64,000 nucleotides of DNA, taken from the human T2T-CHM13v2.0 reference genome, Homo sapiens. Positions 1 to 16,014 of this stretch are shown piece by piece. The position numbers were made by a program, and so were the translations under genes. The DNA is taken from NCBI RefSeq assembly GCF_009914755.1, contig NC_060925.1; one strand, 5' to 3'. The notes beneath the pieces were generated by a model. It saw only the letters and a list, made by a program, of their open reading frames with translations. It was not told the origin of the DNA and did not search any database. Within the stretch, counting starts at the first letter, position 1; each line of letters begins with the position of its first letter.

Positions 1-340
1 ATGGTGGTGTCTTGCCCTGACATGTCTCCAGGGCATTTCAGAGATCTTCATGGCAGCCCCTCCCATCACAGGCCTGCAAGCCTAAGATGAAAAAATGGTT
101 TCCTGGGCAGGGCCCAGGGCCCCACTGGTCTGTTCAGACTTGGGACATAGCACCCTGCAACCGAACCACTCCATCTCCAGTAATGGCTTTAAAAGGGGTC
201 AAGGTACAGCTCAGGCCATGGCTTCAAAGGGTGCAAGCCCCAAGCCTCAGTGGCTTGAGGTATTAGACCTATGGGTGTGCAGAAGACAAGAGCTGAGATT
301 TGGGAACCTCCTCCTAGATTTCAGAGGATCTATGGAAATA
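1..340 (+). mobile_element. MaLR internal region fragment (MST-int/THE1-int type)
   Basis: Typical MaLR-int text: tctccagggcatttcagagatcttcatggcagcccctcccatcacaggcc...aaaaggggtcaaggtacagctcaggcc...ctagatttcagagga; runs off the window start. Confidence 0.75.
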
Positions 341-344
341 ACTG

Positions 345-1245
345 TGTATATGTGCATATTTTCTTTATCCAGCCTATTGTTGATGGGCATTTAGGTTGAT
401 TCCATATCTTTACTATCCTGAATAGTGTTGCAATGAACATAAGTGTGCATGTGTCTTTATAACAGAATGATTTATATTCTTTAAGGTATACACCCAGGAA
501 TGAGATTGCTGGGTTGAATGGTATTTCTGTCTTTTGGTTTTTGAGGAATTGCCACTCTGTCTTCCACAATGGCTGAACTAATGTACACTCCCACCAATAG
601 TGTATAAGCATTCCTTTTTCTTTACAACCTCGCCAGCATCTGTTATTTTTTGACTTTTTAATAATAGCTATATTAGTTTGTTCTCACACTGCTCTGAAGA
701 ACTTCCTGAGACTGGGTAATTTATGAAGAAAAGAAGTTTAATTGACTCACAGTTCCATAGGCTTAACAGAAAGCATGACTGGGAGGCCTCAGGAAACTTA
801 CAATCATGGTGGAAGGTGAAGGGAGAGCAAGCACCTTCTTCACATGGTGGCAGGAGAGAGAGAGCAAAGGAAGAAGTGCCACACTCTTTTAAACCATCAG
901 ATCTCATGAGAACTCAATTACCATTGTGAGAACAGCAAAGATAACCTGCCTCCATGATCTAATCACCTCCCAACAGGCCCCTCCTCCAATTTGACATAAG
1001 ATTTGGGCAGGGACACAAATCCAAACCATATCAATAGCCGTTCTGATTGGTGTTAGATGGTAACACCAGAAAAGTGTCTGTTCATGTGCTTTGCCCACTT
1101 TTTAATGGGGTGGTTTGTTTTTTTCTTGTAAATTTGTTTAAGTTCCTTATAGATGTTGGATATCAGAGCTTTGCTGGATGCAGAGTTTGCAAAATTTTTC
1201 TCCCATTCTATAGATAATCTGTTTACTCTGTTCATAGTTTCTTTT
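345..1245 (-). mobile_element. Old primate L1 (L1PA13-16/L1PB-like) ORF2 3' fragment, split by an MST LTR
   Basis: Minus ORFs 330-611 (HYWWECTLVQPLWK...NQPKCPS) and 1053-1235 (EWEKNFAN...[14 protein letters not shown]) are L1 ORF2 C-terminal peptides. Confidence 0.85.
669..1033 (-). mobile_element. MSTA/MSTB-type MaLR solo LTR
   Basis: tatattag...ccaaaccatatca termini, ~365 bp, perfect 5-bp TSD ATAGC at 664-668 and 1034-1038. Confidence 0.88.
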
Positions 1246-1261
1246 CAACTCTGTTTACTCT

Positions 1262-1350
1262 AGTCACTGTTTTATCTCCAGCACCTGGAACAGTGCCTGA
1301 CACATAATGGTCACCCAATAAATATTTATCCTATGAATAAATGAATGTAT
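1262..1350 (+). mobile_element. L2 3' end
   Basis: tctccagcacctggaacagtgcctgacacata...caataaatattt...gaataaatgaatg resembles the L2 terminus. Confidence 0.65.
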
Positions 1351-2063
1351 AAGAAAGTCCCTCTGTTTTTCTAGGTATAACAAATTTCATCTCAGGCTGA
1401 TAAACAGGTAATATAAATTACATTTCTTAAGTGAAATTCATGTTGTTTTGCAAACTGCATGTTGAATCCATTATTCATTTTGGATATATCTCTTCTAAAA
1501 AGAAGCAAATAAGGACAATTAAATTTAGAAAATTGGTTTTCGAGTAAAACATAAGAAGCATAAGGAGAGATCAGTCACCCAACAGGTATATCTGAATGCC
1601 TTCCATTTGTCTAGCTCTATGATATGCACTATGGGGAGCAGGCACACAAAAGTACTGGAATGAGTCTCAGCAAATAGCTGCAAGAGAGTTAGGCAGAAGT
1701 TGATAGAGAAAAAATCAAAAGAAAAATAAACGCTAGATCTGCACATACCTGTGCCTCATTGAAAACATTTTTTAAAGATTTAGACAAAGAAGAAGTTAAA
1801 GTAGCTGAGACCCATGATAAGAGGGTCCAACCCACAAGGATTTATTGATCATTTTGGTTGACCTAAGAATGTCCAAGCAACATTCATCTACAAGCCTTAA
1901 TTACTGTTTCATTTTTTTATTTTCTGGCTACCCTACCTCTTGAAATATAAAATATTCTCTAACAATAAGTTCTTTCTAAATTGTTTTTTATGGTGAAAAA
2001 AAAAAGCTGGGAAAAAGTCACTTTCTATGCTGCCACCTTACCCTATTGTCATGGTCAGACTAT

Positions 2064-2077
2064 GTTGCCTTGGTAAC
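2064..2077. promoter_or_regulatory. RFX X-box motif in non-repeat DNA (candidate enhancer core)
   Basis: GTTGCCTTGGTAAC fits the X-box consensus GTNRCC(n0-3)RGYAAC; CRE-like TGATGTCA and CAGATG E-box lie within 70 bp. Confidence 0.4.
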
Positions 2078-2346
2078 AACATCAGATAAAATATGCTGCT
2101 TTACCCACCTGTGATGTCATAGCAGATGGCATTATCTTGGCAGCAGAATAAAATAGCCTCTCTCTGAACTTGCTATTTGGACTGTCTCAGAAACCTCATT
2201 CATAGAAGAATATCACACAATGTCTATTTCAAATGTGGTACCATTTCAGGCCCTAAATTTCTCCAGAGCACATCTCTCTCCCTTCATGCCAATCAACACA
2301 GGACTGGAATATAGCCGGTTGGGAGGAACAGGGGTCCCTGGGTTCC

Positions 2347-2960
2347 TGTAGTTGATATATTTGTTGCTTACACAGTGTCCATTCTCTCTATACTTCCTTC
2401 TTTCTAATTCTGTTTAGAGATTCAGCCCTCTTGCAGTCATATTTGTGACTCAGAAAAACTGAAGGCATATGCACTCTGGAAACAGATCATAACTAAGCCA
2501 ATCACGGAAACCTCATCCGCTTATGAGTGATTTGTTCAGACACCCAGTTTTAAGCTAGTCAGTGCACAGGCATTTCCCTGGTGACTGTACTGGTCCAGAG
2601 TTGAGCACATGACCAGTTTGGCTCAATCAGATTGCAAAGAACTTCCATTCCATGGTTAGAGGAAAGAATCTCTTTCACCAGGTCAACAAGAACAAGGAAT
2701 AATCTTGCCACAGTTACAGTAACCAGCCATGTTGAAAGCATGAAGGATGCCAGCCTGAGGCCAAAGCTGGCACCTGGTGACAGGACAGAGCAGAGAAAAT
2801 GGCAGAGGAATGGAATCAGAGCTCTTGATTGTGCCTTGCTTGTAGACTGCTCCACCACTGGACTTCCTGATATGTGATAAAATGAATTCTGTTATTGTTT
2901 AACATAGTTTAGACTCAAGGTTTCCTGTTTCTTATAACCGAGGGCATCTTTACTGATATG
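2347..2960 (+). mobile_element. Ancient MLT1 (H-L class) LTR
   Basis: 3' end ...ggacttcctgatatgtgataaaa...ttattgtttaa...ttcttataaccgagggcatctttactgata is MLT1-like; boundaries approximate. Confidence 0.5.
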
Positions 2961-4520
2961 GCTCAAGTACCCAATAACAAACATGGATCTTGGACAAATC
3001 GCTTCATGTCTTCATATCTCAGCTCTCATATTGAACAATGAAGGGATTTGATTGAAAACCTCTAAATTGTCCTTCTGGTATTCTAAACTTCCAAGTCTAA
3101 AATGCAAAGCATAGTTCTAGGCACCATGAAGTTTTTAAAAGTGTAAGAACCCAAGTGACCAGTTGAGGCCCAAAGCTTGGGAGAAAACGCATTATAAAGC
3201 ATATCCCATTTTATGAACAATGGACCTCTAGAAGTTTACCTGAAAAGCTTAGTGAGAAGTGCCAAAATGATCTAATCTCTAGTCAATATAAGAAGAATCA
3301 AGATGGGAGAAAGGTAGAGGGGAATCTTTTGGAAAGTACAGAGTTCACAAAGAGAGGCTATTTTCTTCTTCACTATCACCTGTGCAGGAGGTGTGGCTGA
3401 TTGCTTCCCTTCCTCCTAACAAGTGGGGCTCCAGTAGAAACTCTTACAAAGATTGGGCATGCCTGCAACAAGGGGAAACTTGAATTGGTTCCCTGCTCAG
3501 AAATATTCTTGGCTAGTGGCTTATTAATCTGCCCCTTTACCATGCCAAACAGGAGGGAGAGAGAACTATAAAATAGCAGTACTGAAAAAAAGAGGTAGAG
3601 TCTTGGGTATACTTGAGATTCCTGTGGATGGCACCAAGAAAGGTATTTGGGCTTAACCTGAGGCATCTGCTGAATCAGGGAGCCAAAGCAGGAGGGAGCA
3701 ACTTTTTGGGGACCCAGGGGATGGTTAAATTGAATACAAGCCAGATTTCCCAAATCATAGTATTGTGCAGAGGAGAGATGTCCTATAGCCTAGAGAGAGG
3801 ATTTGAATGTCTGCTGTACCTAACACTAGGTATGTTCTATTGCAGATGCACAGTAAATATTTACAAAAGGAAGCTAGGAAAGAAATAAGTTAGCTGGTTA
3901 GTTCTTTCTCTATAGTACTTTGCATGGTCCCTGTGTAATTCTTTTAGAAAGATGAAGATAATAAATGCACTATGCCTAGGCTCCTACTACTCCTCTTCAC
4001 CACACTGTAGCTTCTAAACACATTCTTTCTCCTCCCTCCTCATGCCTTTCTACTCCTTTATGCACACCTGGAACTCCTGATGTATCAAACCTGCTTGCTG
4101 CTCCAGCAGTACAACATGTCCTCTCACACGCACACCAGGGCCTGAGCCCTAAATGCTGAACCCCTGGTATGTCTGGAAAATCCCTCCTCCTCTATCGAAA
4201 CGAGATCTTGAAGTATTCCCTAACCTTCCCATATAAGATTTCCAGGACACCCAGTGCATCTCTTTTCATTATTTGTTATTTACTCCCTGACTCATGTTTA
4301 GCTGAAGTCTCATATAATCCAAATTTGCTACTTTTCTTACCTTGAATTAGCACAATTTACTATTTTCTGTATTAGTTTCCAGAGAACATTTTTCCATTGC
4401 TCTCTTCCTAATTCTCTGTCGTGACAAAGTTCTTTGGAATTCAAGTTGCATTCTCCAGGGTGTTATCTACTTTTTTCATTCTGGAAAAATGTTGACAGAA
4501 CTGCCCATACAGAAAAAACC

Positions 4521-4833
4521 ACCATCATTCTCAGCAAACTATCACAAGGACAAAAAACCAAACACCGCATGTTCTCACTTATAGGTGGGAATTGAACAAT
4601 GAGAACACATGGACACAGGAAGGGGAACATCACACTCTGGGGACTGTTGTGGGGTGGGGGGAGGGGGAAGGGATAGCATTTGGAGATATACCCGATGCTA
4701 AATGACGAGTTACTGGGTGCAGCACACCAACATGGCACATGTATACATATGTAACAAACCTGCACATTGTGCACATGTACCCTAAAACTTAAAGTATAAT
4801 AATAATAAAATAAAATTAAATTAAATTAAAAAA
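4521..4833 (+). mobile_element. 5'-truncated young L1PA (L1PA3/4-like) 3' end
   Basis: Last ORF2 codons, 3'UTR with G-rich tract, poly(A); near-TSD AGAAAAAACC (4511-4520) / AGAAAAAAGCC (4834-4844). Confidence 0.9.
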
Positions 4834-5433
4834 AGAAAAAAGCCTCTTATTTTTATAAATAGGAAGGGTCTTAAAGATTATCTAATCAACATCCTTGTTT
4901 CAATGATAAGGAATTTGAGGTCATCAGAAGTGAAATGACTTCTCTATGTTTGTGGAATTACTTTATAGTAAAACCAAAACACAAACTCTGATATTGCAAT
5001 AGACAGTAAAGTATTGCTGTTTTGTCTAAGACAAAGCAAAATGAAGCATCTTAACTGAGCTCATTCATAATTCCATATTGAAAACACCAAATGTGCCCTG
5101 AGTGATCTTCACAATCATTTCAGAACCTCTGGCCATGGCTTTGAATGTAGGGTATTTCAAGCCAATGGAATACATGGCAGGACCATAGCATGTATAATAA
5201 AAGAGAATCAACATGTAAAAATACACCTAGTAAAAAATATCATACACTCCCTGTACCTTTCTCAGATTTTGGCATTCTTAAAACTGAGAAGGACTTCATA
5301 GGTTACTCAGAGAAGTGACTTCTATATGTCAAGCATTTTAGCAGACTATTGACATACCAGACCTTATTTACTCATCACAAAACAAACTCATTGAGGAAAG
5401 TGTTACCTCTATTTTTAAAATGCTAGGACTTGA

Positions 5434-5731
5434 GGCCGGGCTTGGTAGCTCATGCCTGTTATCCCAGCACTTTGGGAGGCTGAGGTGGGCGGATCTCCTG
5501 AGGTCAGGAGTTTGAGACCAGCCTGACCAACATGGCGAAACCCTGTCTCTACTAAAAATACAAAAATTAGCTGGGCATGGTGGCAGATGCCTGTAATCCC
5601 AGCTACTAGGGGGGCTGAGGCAGGGACAATCACTTGAATCCAGAAGGCAGAGGTTGCAGTGAGCCTAGATTGTGCCATTGCACTCAAGCCTGGACAACAT
5701 AGTGAGACTCCATTTCAAAAAGAAAAAAAAA
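5434..5731 (+). mobile_element. AluSx-like SINE
   Basis: Full dimer from ggccgggc to poly(A); diverged TSD aaaatgctaggacttg / aaattgccaagacttg. Confidence 0.95.
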
Positions 5732-7429
5732 TTGCCAAGACTTGGATTCAGATAAGATAAATGCCTTCCTCAAATTTCTAGCCAAGTAATTATGGAGCTG
5801 GTGTACAAACTCAGGTGTGTCCAACTTCAACACCTTCTTAACCCTTTGCTCCTAATCAGATTTACTCCCTCTAATCACAGGATTCTTTACAGATTACATG
5901 AAGTGAAGTTCCCAGCTTCAGCTGGAAAATCTCAGTCTGGGGTGGATTTTGTTTTGAGAAGCAGCTCTCTTTCTATAGTTGAAAATTCTGGGTTTTCTTC
6001 CTAATTTTAGATTCCCAAATTTGCCTACCAGAAACTTCCACTGAGTCTTTATGCAGCCTTTTGGAGCAAACCTAACCAAGCTAATTCTTTGTGAGGACAC
6101 TTCTAAACTTCTTCCATTGTTCCTTGAGCTTGATTTTGTTCTGTAACTAACTAATTGAAATTAGGTAACTGTGAGTCTTCATTTCTTCAGGGAAAACATC
6201 CAGTGTTCACTCAACTATTATCGGTAAACTTTTCTTCCTAGGCTCATTCCTGGATGGCATTTCTTGTACTTTATATTCCAGTGTAACTGTATAAGTATAG
6301 CTCTCAGAACAGGACATGACTACTCCTCCTGTAGTCTGTTTTCAACTTGATATTACATTTCAATGAATGCAGCCTAAGTTTATTAGCTTTTTCATCAGGA
6401 TCCCAACACACTAAAGACATATTTTCTGAGTACGACTCTACAAGGCTTAACAACACTCAAGAGACTCTCAGAAATTTAGCCAACACTTGATTCATCCAAT
6501 TAAAAGGAAACACCATTAACATGCAGTCAAACGCAACTGAACTGGATCTTAACTCCCAACATTCAAGACTTTTATGGGAAATCACAAGCTACTTAGCTCT
6601 GTGTTACTTTGCTGAATTAGTTACAGGACCAAATCAAGCTTTGTGGGATTTTTGCCAGCTTCTGTGCAGAGATATGCATTGGCCTCCATCTAATGCCATT
6701 TCTAGAAACATCCCAGTTAGTGGAACACAAAAGCAGTAAGACCACAAATTCAAGGCTGGGTCAGACACTAATAAATTGTTTTATTTCACTCACTGTACTT
6801 TTTAAAAATGTTCTTTTATTTTAATGAAATTAAAAGAGAAAGCACCAGTTAGACCTTTCTCTCCCACACAAGGGAGAATCGGCAGCAGCCTAGAGAATCA
6901 TGTATCTCTATGTCCTTAACAAACAAGAAAGATAAGGGGCAGTAGTGGACCTTTCTACCAACACTGAATAACACAGATCTGCATACTGTTAATACAAAAG
7001 AGTATAAAGGAAGAAAAATATTTATAAATTTGTGATAGATAAAAAGGATCAGCTAGATTGTAAGCAGCATGAGAACATTTCTGTCATTACAATCCTATTC
7101 CATATGTGACATATAATGCTGTATCCATTTGGATGAACAACTAAATGAACCAATAGAATCTAATCTATAAATGGTTGACACTGGTGTGAATCATGAGGTT
7201 AAGTGTTTCCTGGTGGGGGCTCTAGATTCTCTTTCAATTAGATGGTTTCAGAGATTTTTGCTGCCATTGACAATTAGCAATCTCTATAAGCAATGCTCTT
7301 AGACAAAGTCAAATTCCTCAGTCTTATGTTCCTTCATAATTCAGGTGGATAAATTGAGTGAATTGAGCTCTTCCGCACATACAATTCTATTCAGTTATCT
7401 TAGGAGAGAGAATATGGTCAAGAAGAGTA

Positions 7430-7771
7430 TTTTAGGAGAGGTATTGATCAAAGGGAACAAATTTTCAATCAAAAGATAAATAAGTTCTGAGGACCTAATG
7501 TACAGGGTGGTGACTCTAGTTAATAATACTGTATTGTATACTTGAAATTTTCTAAAAGAGTAGCTCATAAATGTTCCCACCACACACACATACATACACA
7601 CACACACACACAAACACACACAAAGATGTGATATGAGGTGATGGATGTGTTAGTTTGATTGTGTTAGTTGTTTCACAATGTATATGTATATCAAATAATC
7701 ACATTACATGCTTTAAATATATACAATATTTATTTGTCAATTATACCTCAATAAAGATAGGAGGAAAAAAT
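7430..7771 (+). mobile_element. L1MA/MB 3'UTR with internal (CA)n (~7580-7622)
   Basis: ataagttctgaggacctaatgtacag...aataatactgtattgtatacttgaaa...ttatttgtcaattatacctcaataaag. Confidence 0.8.
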
Positions 7772-8444
7772 AATCTTTTAGAGCTGGTTGATCTGGTCCA
7801 GATATAGACTTTCTAAGTTAATATAACAGGTCCTATAACATAAGCAGGTTTGGAAATAAACCAACTACTTCTTAACAATATCCTGCCTGGATTACTTTTT
7901 GTATCAAATAAGGTCAAAAGTAATATAAATAAGACAAATATGTCATCTTCATAACTCATAAGAAATGTAAATTATCTTAGAAAAAAATAATATTTATTAG
8001 GTGAGGAGTGTTGGCTCTTAGATAATTTATGACGTGTCATCAGTCACAGATCTTGTTTTTAATAAAGTAATTTAAAAGCAGAGAATTATCAGTATCTCAG
8101 TCTTCCTCCTCACTCACAAAATGAGAAATCATATCTTTCCATTTGTGAGATATCAAATCCTGGACCAAGGAAATCCTTTTGTGCCTAGCCAAAGATGTTA
8201 GAAAGGATAAAGGAATGAGGCCTCATTTTTTTTTTTGTATTTGACCATGGAATCATTTTATATACAGCACTATTAGTACCCAGGAAAACCAGCATTTGAA
8301 ATAACACAATTTAGGCATGCCAGCTGATGGTGGAGAAAAGTTAACTATATTTCAAATATAAACTGGCCTTCAAGGTACTAAGTAGTATACATTATTATCT
8401 TGTTAAATATTCACCGTATATCTGCCTGGTAGGTAATATTTTCA

Positions 8445-10582
<2,138 letters not shown>

Positions 10583-10919
10583 AAAACCCCATTCTTATGT
10601 GTAGAGAGGTGTAATTTATGAGAGCTAAATAAATGAGGCTTTACAATGCCTGAGAATATCAGGCGATTTCCTTAAGAAACTTATAAATATAAGTAAAAAT
10701 TAACTTTATAATTTCTAAGGATTTCTATCTCCCCATTAGTTGTGAATATGGAGGCATGGTGTAAACTTAATATTCTGGACAGGAAAAGTAATTTTTAGCT
10801 TCACTTAGAAAAGAACTAAAAAAGAAAAAAAACATAGACCAGTGCCTGTTCCAAACCCTTTCTGCAATGCACAGAGTTGTAGAGTTTTAGCTCTGCCCAA
10901 GAGAAGCTCAAAATATGGA

Positions 10920-11240
10920 AATTATTTACTCATCCATTCAACAGAAAACAAAATTGATTGTCTACAGCACTGAGAAAACAGAAGTGAATACTAGAGACAA
11001 AGTGTCTCTCCTCAAGGATCTTACATTCTAGTGTAGGGAGACAGACAATAAATAAAAAACACAAACATAATATAATTCAGGTAGAGATAAATGGAATTTT
11101 TTAAAAAATTGCAGAATAAGTGCAAGGAGACTGATGTGAGATGCATACATTTCTTATAGACAGCAATGTCAGGGATGACTCTCTGTGAAGGTGACAGGTG
11201 AGCAGAGCCAAAATGCAATGAGAAAGTGAATCTAGCAGAA
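10920..11240 (-). mobile_element. L2 fragment
   Basis: catccattcaaca...ctcaaggatcttacattctagtgtagggagacagacaataaata...gtcagggatgactctctgtgaaggtgaca. Confidence 0.65.
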
Positions 11241-11266
11241 CCCAGGCCTGGCAGGGTCCTCTAACG

Positions 11267-11612
11267 CAGTGGTCCCCAACCTTTCTGCCACCAGGTTCCA
11301 GTTTTAGGGAAGACAATTATTCCATGAACTGGTTGGTGAGGGAGGTGGTTTCAGGATGAAAGTGTTTCATCTCAGGTCATCATCAGGCATTTGATAGATT
11401 TTCATAAGGAGCACGTAACCTAGATCCTTCGCATGCACAGTTCACAATAGGGTTCGCGCTCCTGTGAGAATCTAATGCTGCCACTGATCTGACAGGAGGT
11501 AGAACTCAGGTGGTAATGTTCTCTCGCCCATGCTCACCTCCAGCTGTGTGGCCCATTTCCTAACAGGCCATGGACTGGTACCAGTCCACGGCCTGGGGGT
11601 TGCGGACCCCTG
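11267..11612 (+). mobile_element. MER1B (hAT-Charlie MITE)
   Basis: TIRs cagtggtccccaacc / ggttgcggacccctg; 8-bp TSD ctctaacg / ctctaaga. Confidence 0.9.
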
Positions 11613-12344
11613 CTCTAAGATTTCATCAATCTCTGTCCCAACCATTGCAGCAGCTTCTTCCTTGACAGCAATGACATTTAGAGGTTCAGGAACATGGCTC
11701 GTGTTTTCTCCAAGGATGTGCAGTAAGAGCATAACTTCTATTCCTCATGTAGTGCCTCCTTTGTCACCACCAATTTCTATCTCTTTTTTCTACCATCAAT
11801 ATTTTAATACCAGTGGCCTGCCTCTAAAGATTTCATGGCCCAACTTTTTAAATGTCAAAAAAAGTATGAAAATATCTGTTTCTTTAGGAATCTTGGTAAA
11901 AGAAAATTAAAAATATATATATAAAGGAAGTAGTTTGGGTAGCTTGAACAGTCTTCTCTATAACAAGAATCTTCAAAATTGTTTTCGTAGCAGAAGTCTC
12001 TTCTCAGATGAATCTTATGTAAAACAGATTATGTATTATACAACAGAGAAAACAGCAGAACTGTTCTGGATAAAGCAGAGATCTGACTTCCCAGAAACTG
12101 CTTGAAAATTCCTCAAAGGCCCTGGAGCAAGATCTCTTTGGACAATGGAAAGAAGATTAAGTTCATCAAGAGTGTCTTTTTAAAAACACTCATTCAAAAT
12201 ATTGAATGATATTCAATATTCATTCTTTGAATTTCTGCTCAATGCAAGGCAATGCCCTATAAACTGAGAGCAACAGTGAAAGACAGGGAAGGGATAGAAA
12301 GAAATCACTTCTTGATCTCATTCGGAAGGAGATAAAACAATTCA

Positions 12345-12472
12345 TTATAATGGTTAAATATATGAGATTTGGAGCTATATAGCTTCAAAGCCGAGATCTT
12401 TCACCTCTTATCTGTGTGGTCCCAGGTAAGTTAATTAATCTAACTATGCCTCAGCTTCCACAAATGTGAAAT
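12345..12472 (+). mobile_element. MIR 5' part (resumes ~13170-13225)
   Basis: taatggttaa...ggtaagttaattaatctaactatgcctcagcttcc MIR core. Confidence 0.6.
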
Positions 12473-13168
12473 AAAACCCATTAACTTGGTCCTTCACCAA
12501 ATTACTGGTCCCTGCTAGGTGAGTATCACATTTTTTCTTTAACAAAAGCTTTACTGGATTGAACAGTAAGGATACAGCACAGTAAGGAATCTGTATGAGT
12601 CGGGAATCAAGGCAGAGTGCTCTGGCACCCAGTGGATGATCTTACAGTGGGTCCGTCTATAATCATTCCTATACCCTCGTTACCTCCTAGTAACTAGGAG
12701 GTAATCTGGTCAAAGATTCATGCCTCTAATATGTTAAATGAGATAAAAGCCCCATCCCTGGCCTTGGAGCCTCAAAAGTTTCTTTGCAAGGCTTAGTTAC
12801 TAAAATAAGTTTCTGGAAAGCGAGGACCTCAGTCTGTCTATTCAAATCCCAGCGCCCTTTGTCCCAGGTCTGTCTTTCGGAGCTACCAGGCTGCAGACAG
12901 TATTCACAGTTTTGGTTCTGCTTCTTTGGAAGTATCACTCACAAATTAGATGTCATTTCAGTCTGGCATGCAGAGGTCCTTTCTTCTTTGGTATTAGGAA
13001 TAAACTAGTTCCTTAAAAACAAGTATGAAGTCTGCCCACCTGGTCACTGTTAGAGGCAGGGAAAGAGCTTAAGTGACTGTGGGAACACAGTGTTTGAGCA
13101 TGCATGTGTGTGCAGGAGTTGTGAAGGGGTAGAAATGAATGCTGAAGCAGACCTCTTTGATCAATACA
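12473..13168 (-). mobile_element. Probable ERVL-class solo LTR inserted in MIR (family not determined)
   Basis: ~700 bp interrupting a MIR; minus strand starts TGTATT and has an AGTAAA signal near its 3' end; left boundary uncertain. Confidence 0.4.
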
Positions 13169-13322
13169 CCGACCTCACAGCAAGGAGAGTATTAAATAAA
13201 ATCATGTATATAAAGCAGTTCAACACTTTATATTCATTCTATTGTAGGGAGACAGACAATAAGCAAGTAAAAAACACTCTGTGTTTGTTTTGCTGTTCTA
13301 CTCAGTAACCATAAAGTGTACT

Positions 13323-14130
13323 TGTGTTGGTCAAGAGCAATTTGATTGCAAGAAATCAATTTAGTTTAAACTACCTAGACAAGGGGGAGTTATTTATGTA
13401 TCACTCAGAAAAATAAATATCACACTTAGTTATCTGAGGGAATCATATATAGTAGAGGAAATAGTTTCACAGATGTTGGAAGCATGAAAGGGCAAAAAAG
13501 GGACCCTGAACTAACTCAGAAATGGTAACTGCAGGAAGAAACTACCTCCTCTAGGAGGGGGAACGCTGGGGAAACAGAATAGAAGGAGTATGTTCCCAGG
13601 GCCATGGATTTCAGGGGAGGTGCTCTGTGGACTAAGATTGCTGAGGAAGAGGCAGCTCCCTTCCAGCTGCTGTTGGCGCCTCTGGGGGCCTGTGCTAAGG
13701 CTGCTACTCAGGGGCCAAGACACTGGAAGCTGCAGCCAACTGCCACTAGTGCAAAGATGCTGCCAAAAACAGAAAACAGAAAGGACAGGCTCTTTCCCTT
13801 GGGCATTCTTATGTCCTTTAGTGCCTCTTATAAGCTCATGGGAAGCCAGCTAGCAGAGGGGCCTGGGAAATGCAGTTTGCAGAATACAGAAGGGCTGATT
13901 GAAGCTGAGAGATAATAGGTAAATAACTGGCAAACTGGTTCATGGAATCCAAGGAAGGCTCAACTCAGAAACCATATGAACCAGGACCTGCATGTAGCTA
14001 GGACTTCCTGTTTCTTCTCTAAATTCTGTTTCTCACTGCTCATCAGCTTAGGCAGTTCTGTTCTCCATGGCAATGGCAGCACATGGCTGCCCAAATCCCC
14101 CACATCTGACTCCCAACAACCGTGACCACC
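13323..14130 (-). mobile_element. Ancient MLT1 LTR with nested LTR33/LTR41-like element (~13425-13935)
   Basis: tgattgcaagaaa MLT1 end; nested minus-strand start tgccagttatttacctattatctctcagcttc. Confidence 0.45.
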
Positions 14131-14609
14131 AGAGATAAATTAAAAATTAATTAAATTATACCTGCCTTTACTTGCTCTAGTATGACCTGGACCCAAATTT
14201 GTAGCCTTTTGAATTTCAGATTTGTTTTTTCTCTTCAAGGTAGATTAAATAAAATTGTTGACTTAGGGGAAATAGAGATGAGTGCATGTCAGTTAGAAGT
14301 CACAAAGTGCATTTTTTATTCTATTTCATATTATTTCAATAATGAGTCATTGTATAATATCTCAGGAGACATCAAAATTTTCAAAGGAATTATACTTACA
14401 GTATAAAAATTTAACACATACCTCTGTTCTGCTTCAGAGTACCATAGTTAACTCTTAGGCATGATTCTCCCTTTGTGGCTCCTTCCTCTCCTCCCACATC
14501 CTTTTGGCTAGAATTCCATTAACAACTGCACCACAGTGAGAAAAGGAAGAGAAAGATAAAATCAATGAAATTTAATTCAGACTGTTATGTTTGTACTTCA
14601 GGATTTTCA

Positions 14610-15170
<561 letters not shown>

Positions 15171-16014
15171 CTAAGGACAGGCCCCCCAGGCTTGCATATG
15201 TGAGGCAGGTGGCCTTTGCTGACCTTGCAGCTTGCCTATTCCACTGCCAGGATTAGAGGTCAGCAGAGTCAGGGAGGCTCAAGGTCAGGGAAAAGGAAGT
15301 TCAAATCTCAAAGTGGCCTAAGGCTAAGAAGAACCCAGAACTCAGAAGGGGCATGGCTACTCTGGAATCTAGCTCAACTCTCCTACGGATGCATTCACTT
15401 GAGTGGAACAGCCAGGATTGAAAACTCTGTGCACAAGCTGTTTAACAAGAAGACAGCAGCCCAAAGAACGTGTGAGTAAAGGCAGAAGAATCACAGTCAC
15501 TTATTTTTAACAAAGTGAGTCCATTTCAATTGAGCTGTGTCTTTTGTTGATACCTAGTGGCTCAATCAGTTACTCAAAGGCAGCAGTTTTAAAACTTCCA
15601 AAGACTTCGTATTTGATCCAGGGTAAAACCTAAACTCCTTAGTCCTACATCCAGAGCCCTTCACAGCTATAGCTTCCATTACTTTCTCTCCGTAAGACAG
15701 CTCTTCCTCAATTGTGTCCAGCATTCTCATGACTCTTTGCCTTTGACGTAGGTTGTTCTCTTTCCCAAACTGCCTATTATTACTTCTGCTACTCGCCTTT
15801 TAAGGCAGAGATTGAATATCGTTTCCTCCCGGAAGCTGCGTGTTCTTACCTACTTCTCATAGCACACCCAACACGATACATAGCAATAAAAATCACTTGT
15901 CTCCCAACTAGACTATGAGTAATTCCTCTAATAAGAAGCTAGGGCTGATTCATCATACACTCCACCCCCTTGTCTCTTTCTATCCCATGTTTGGCATTTG
16001 TAACATTTTGTGAA

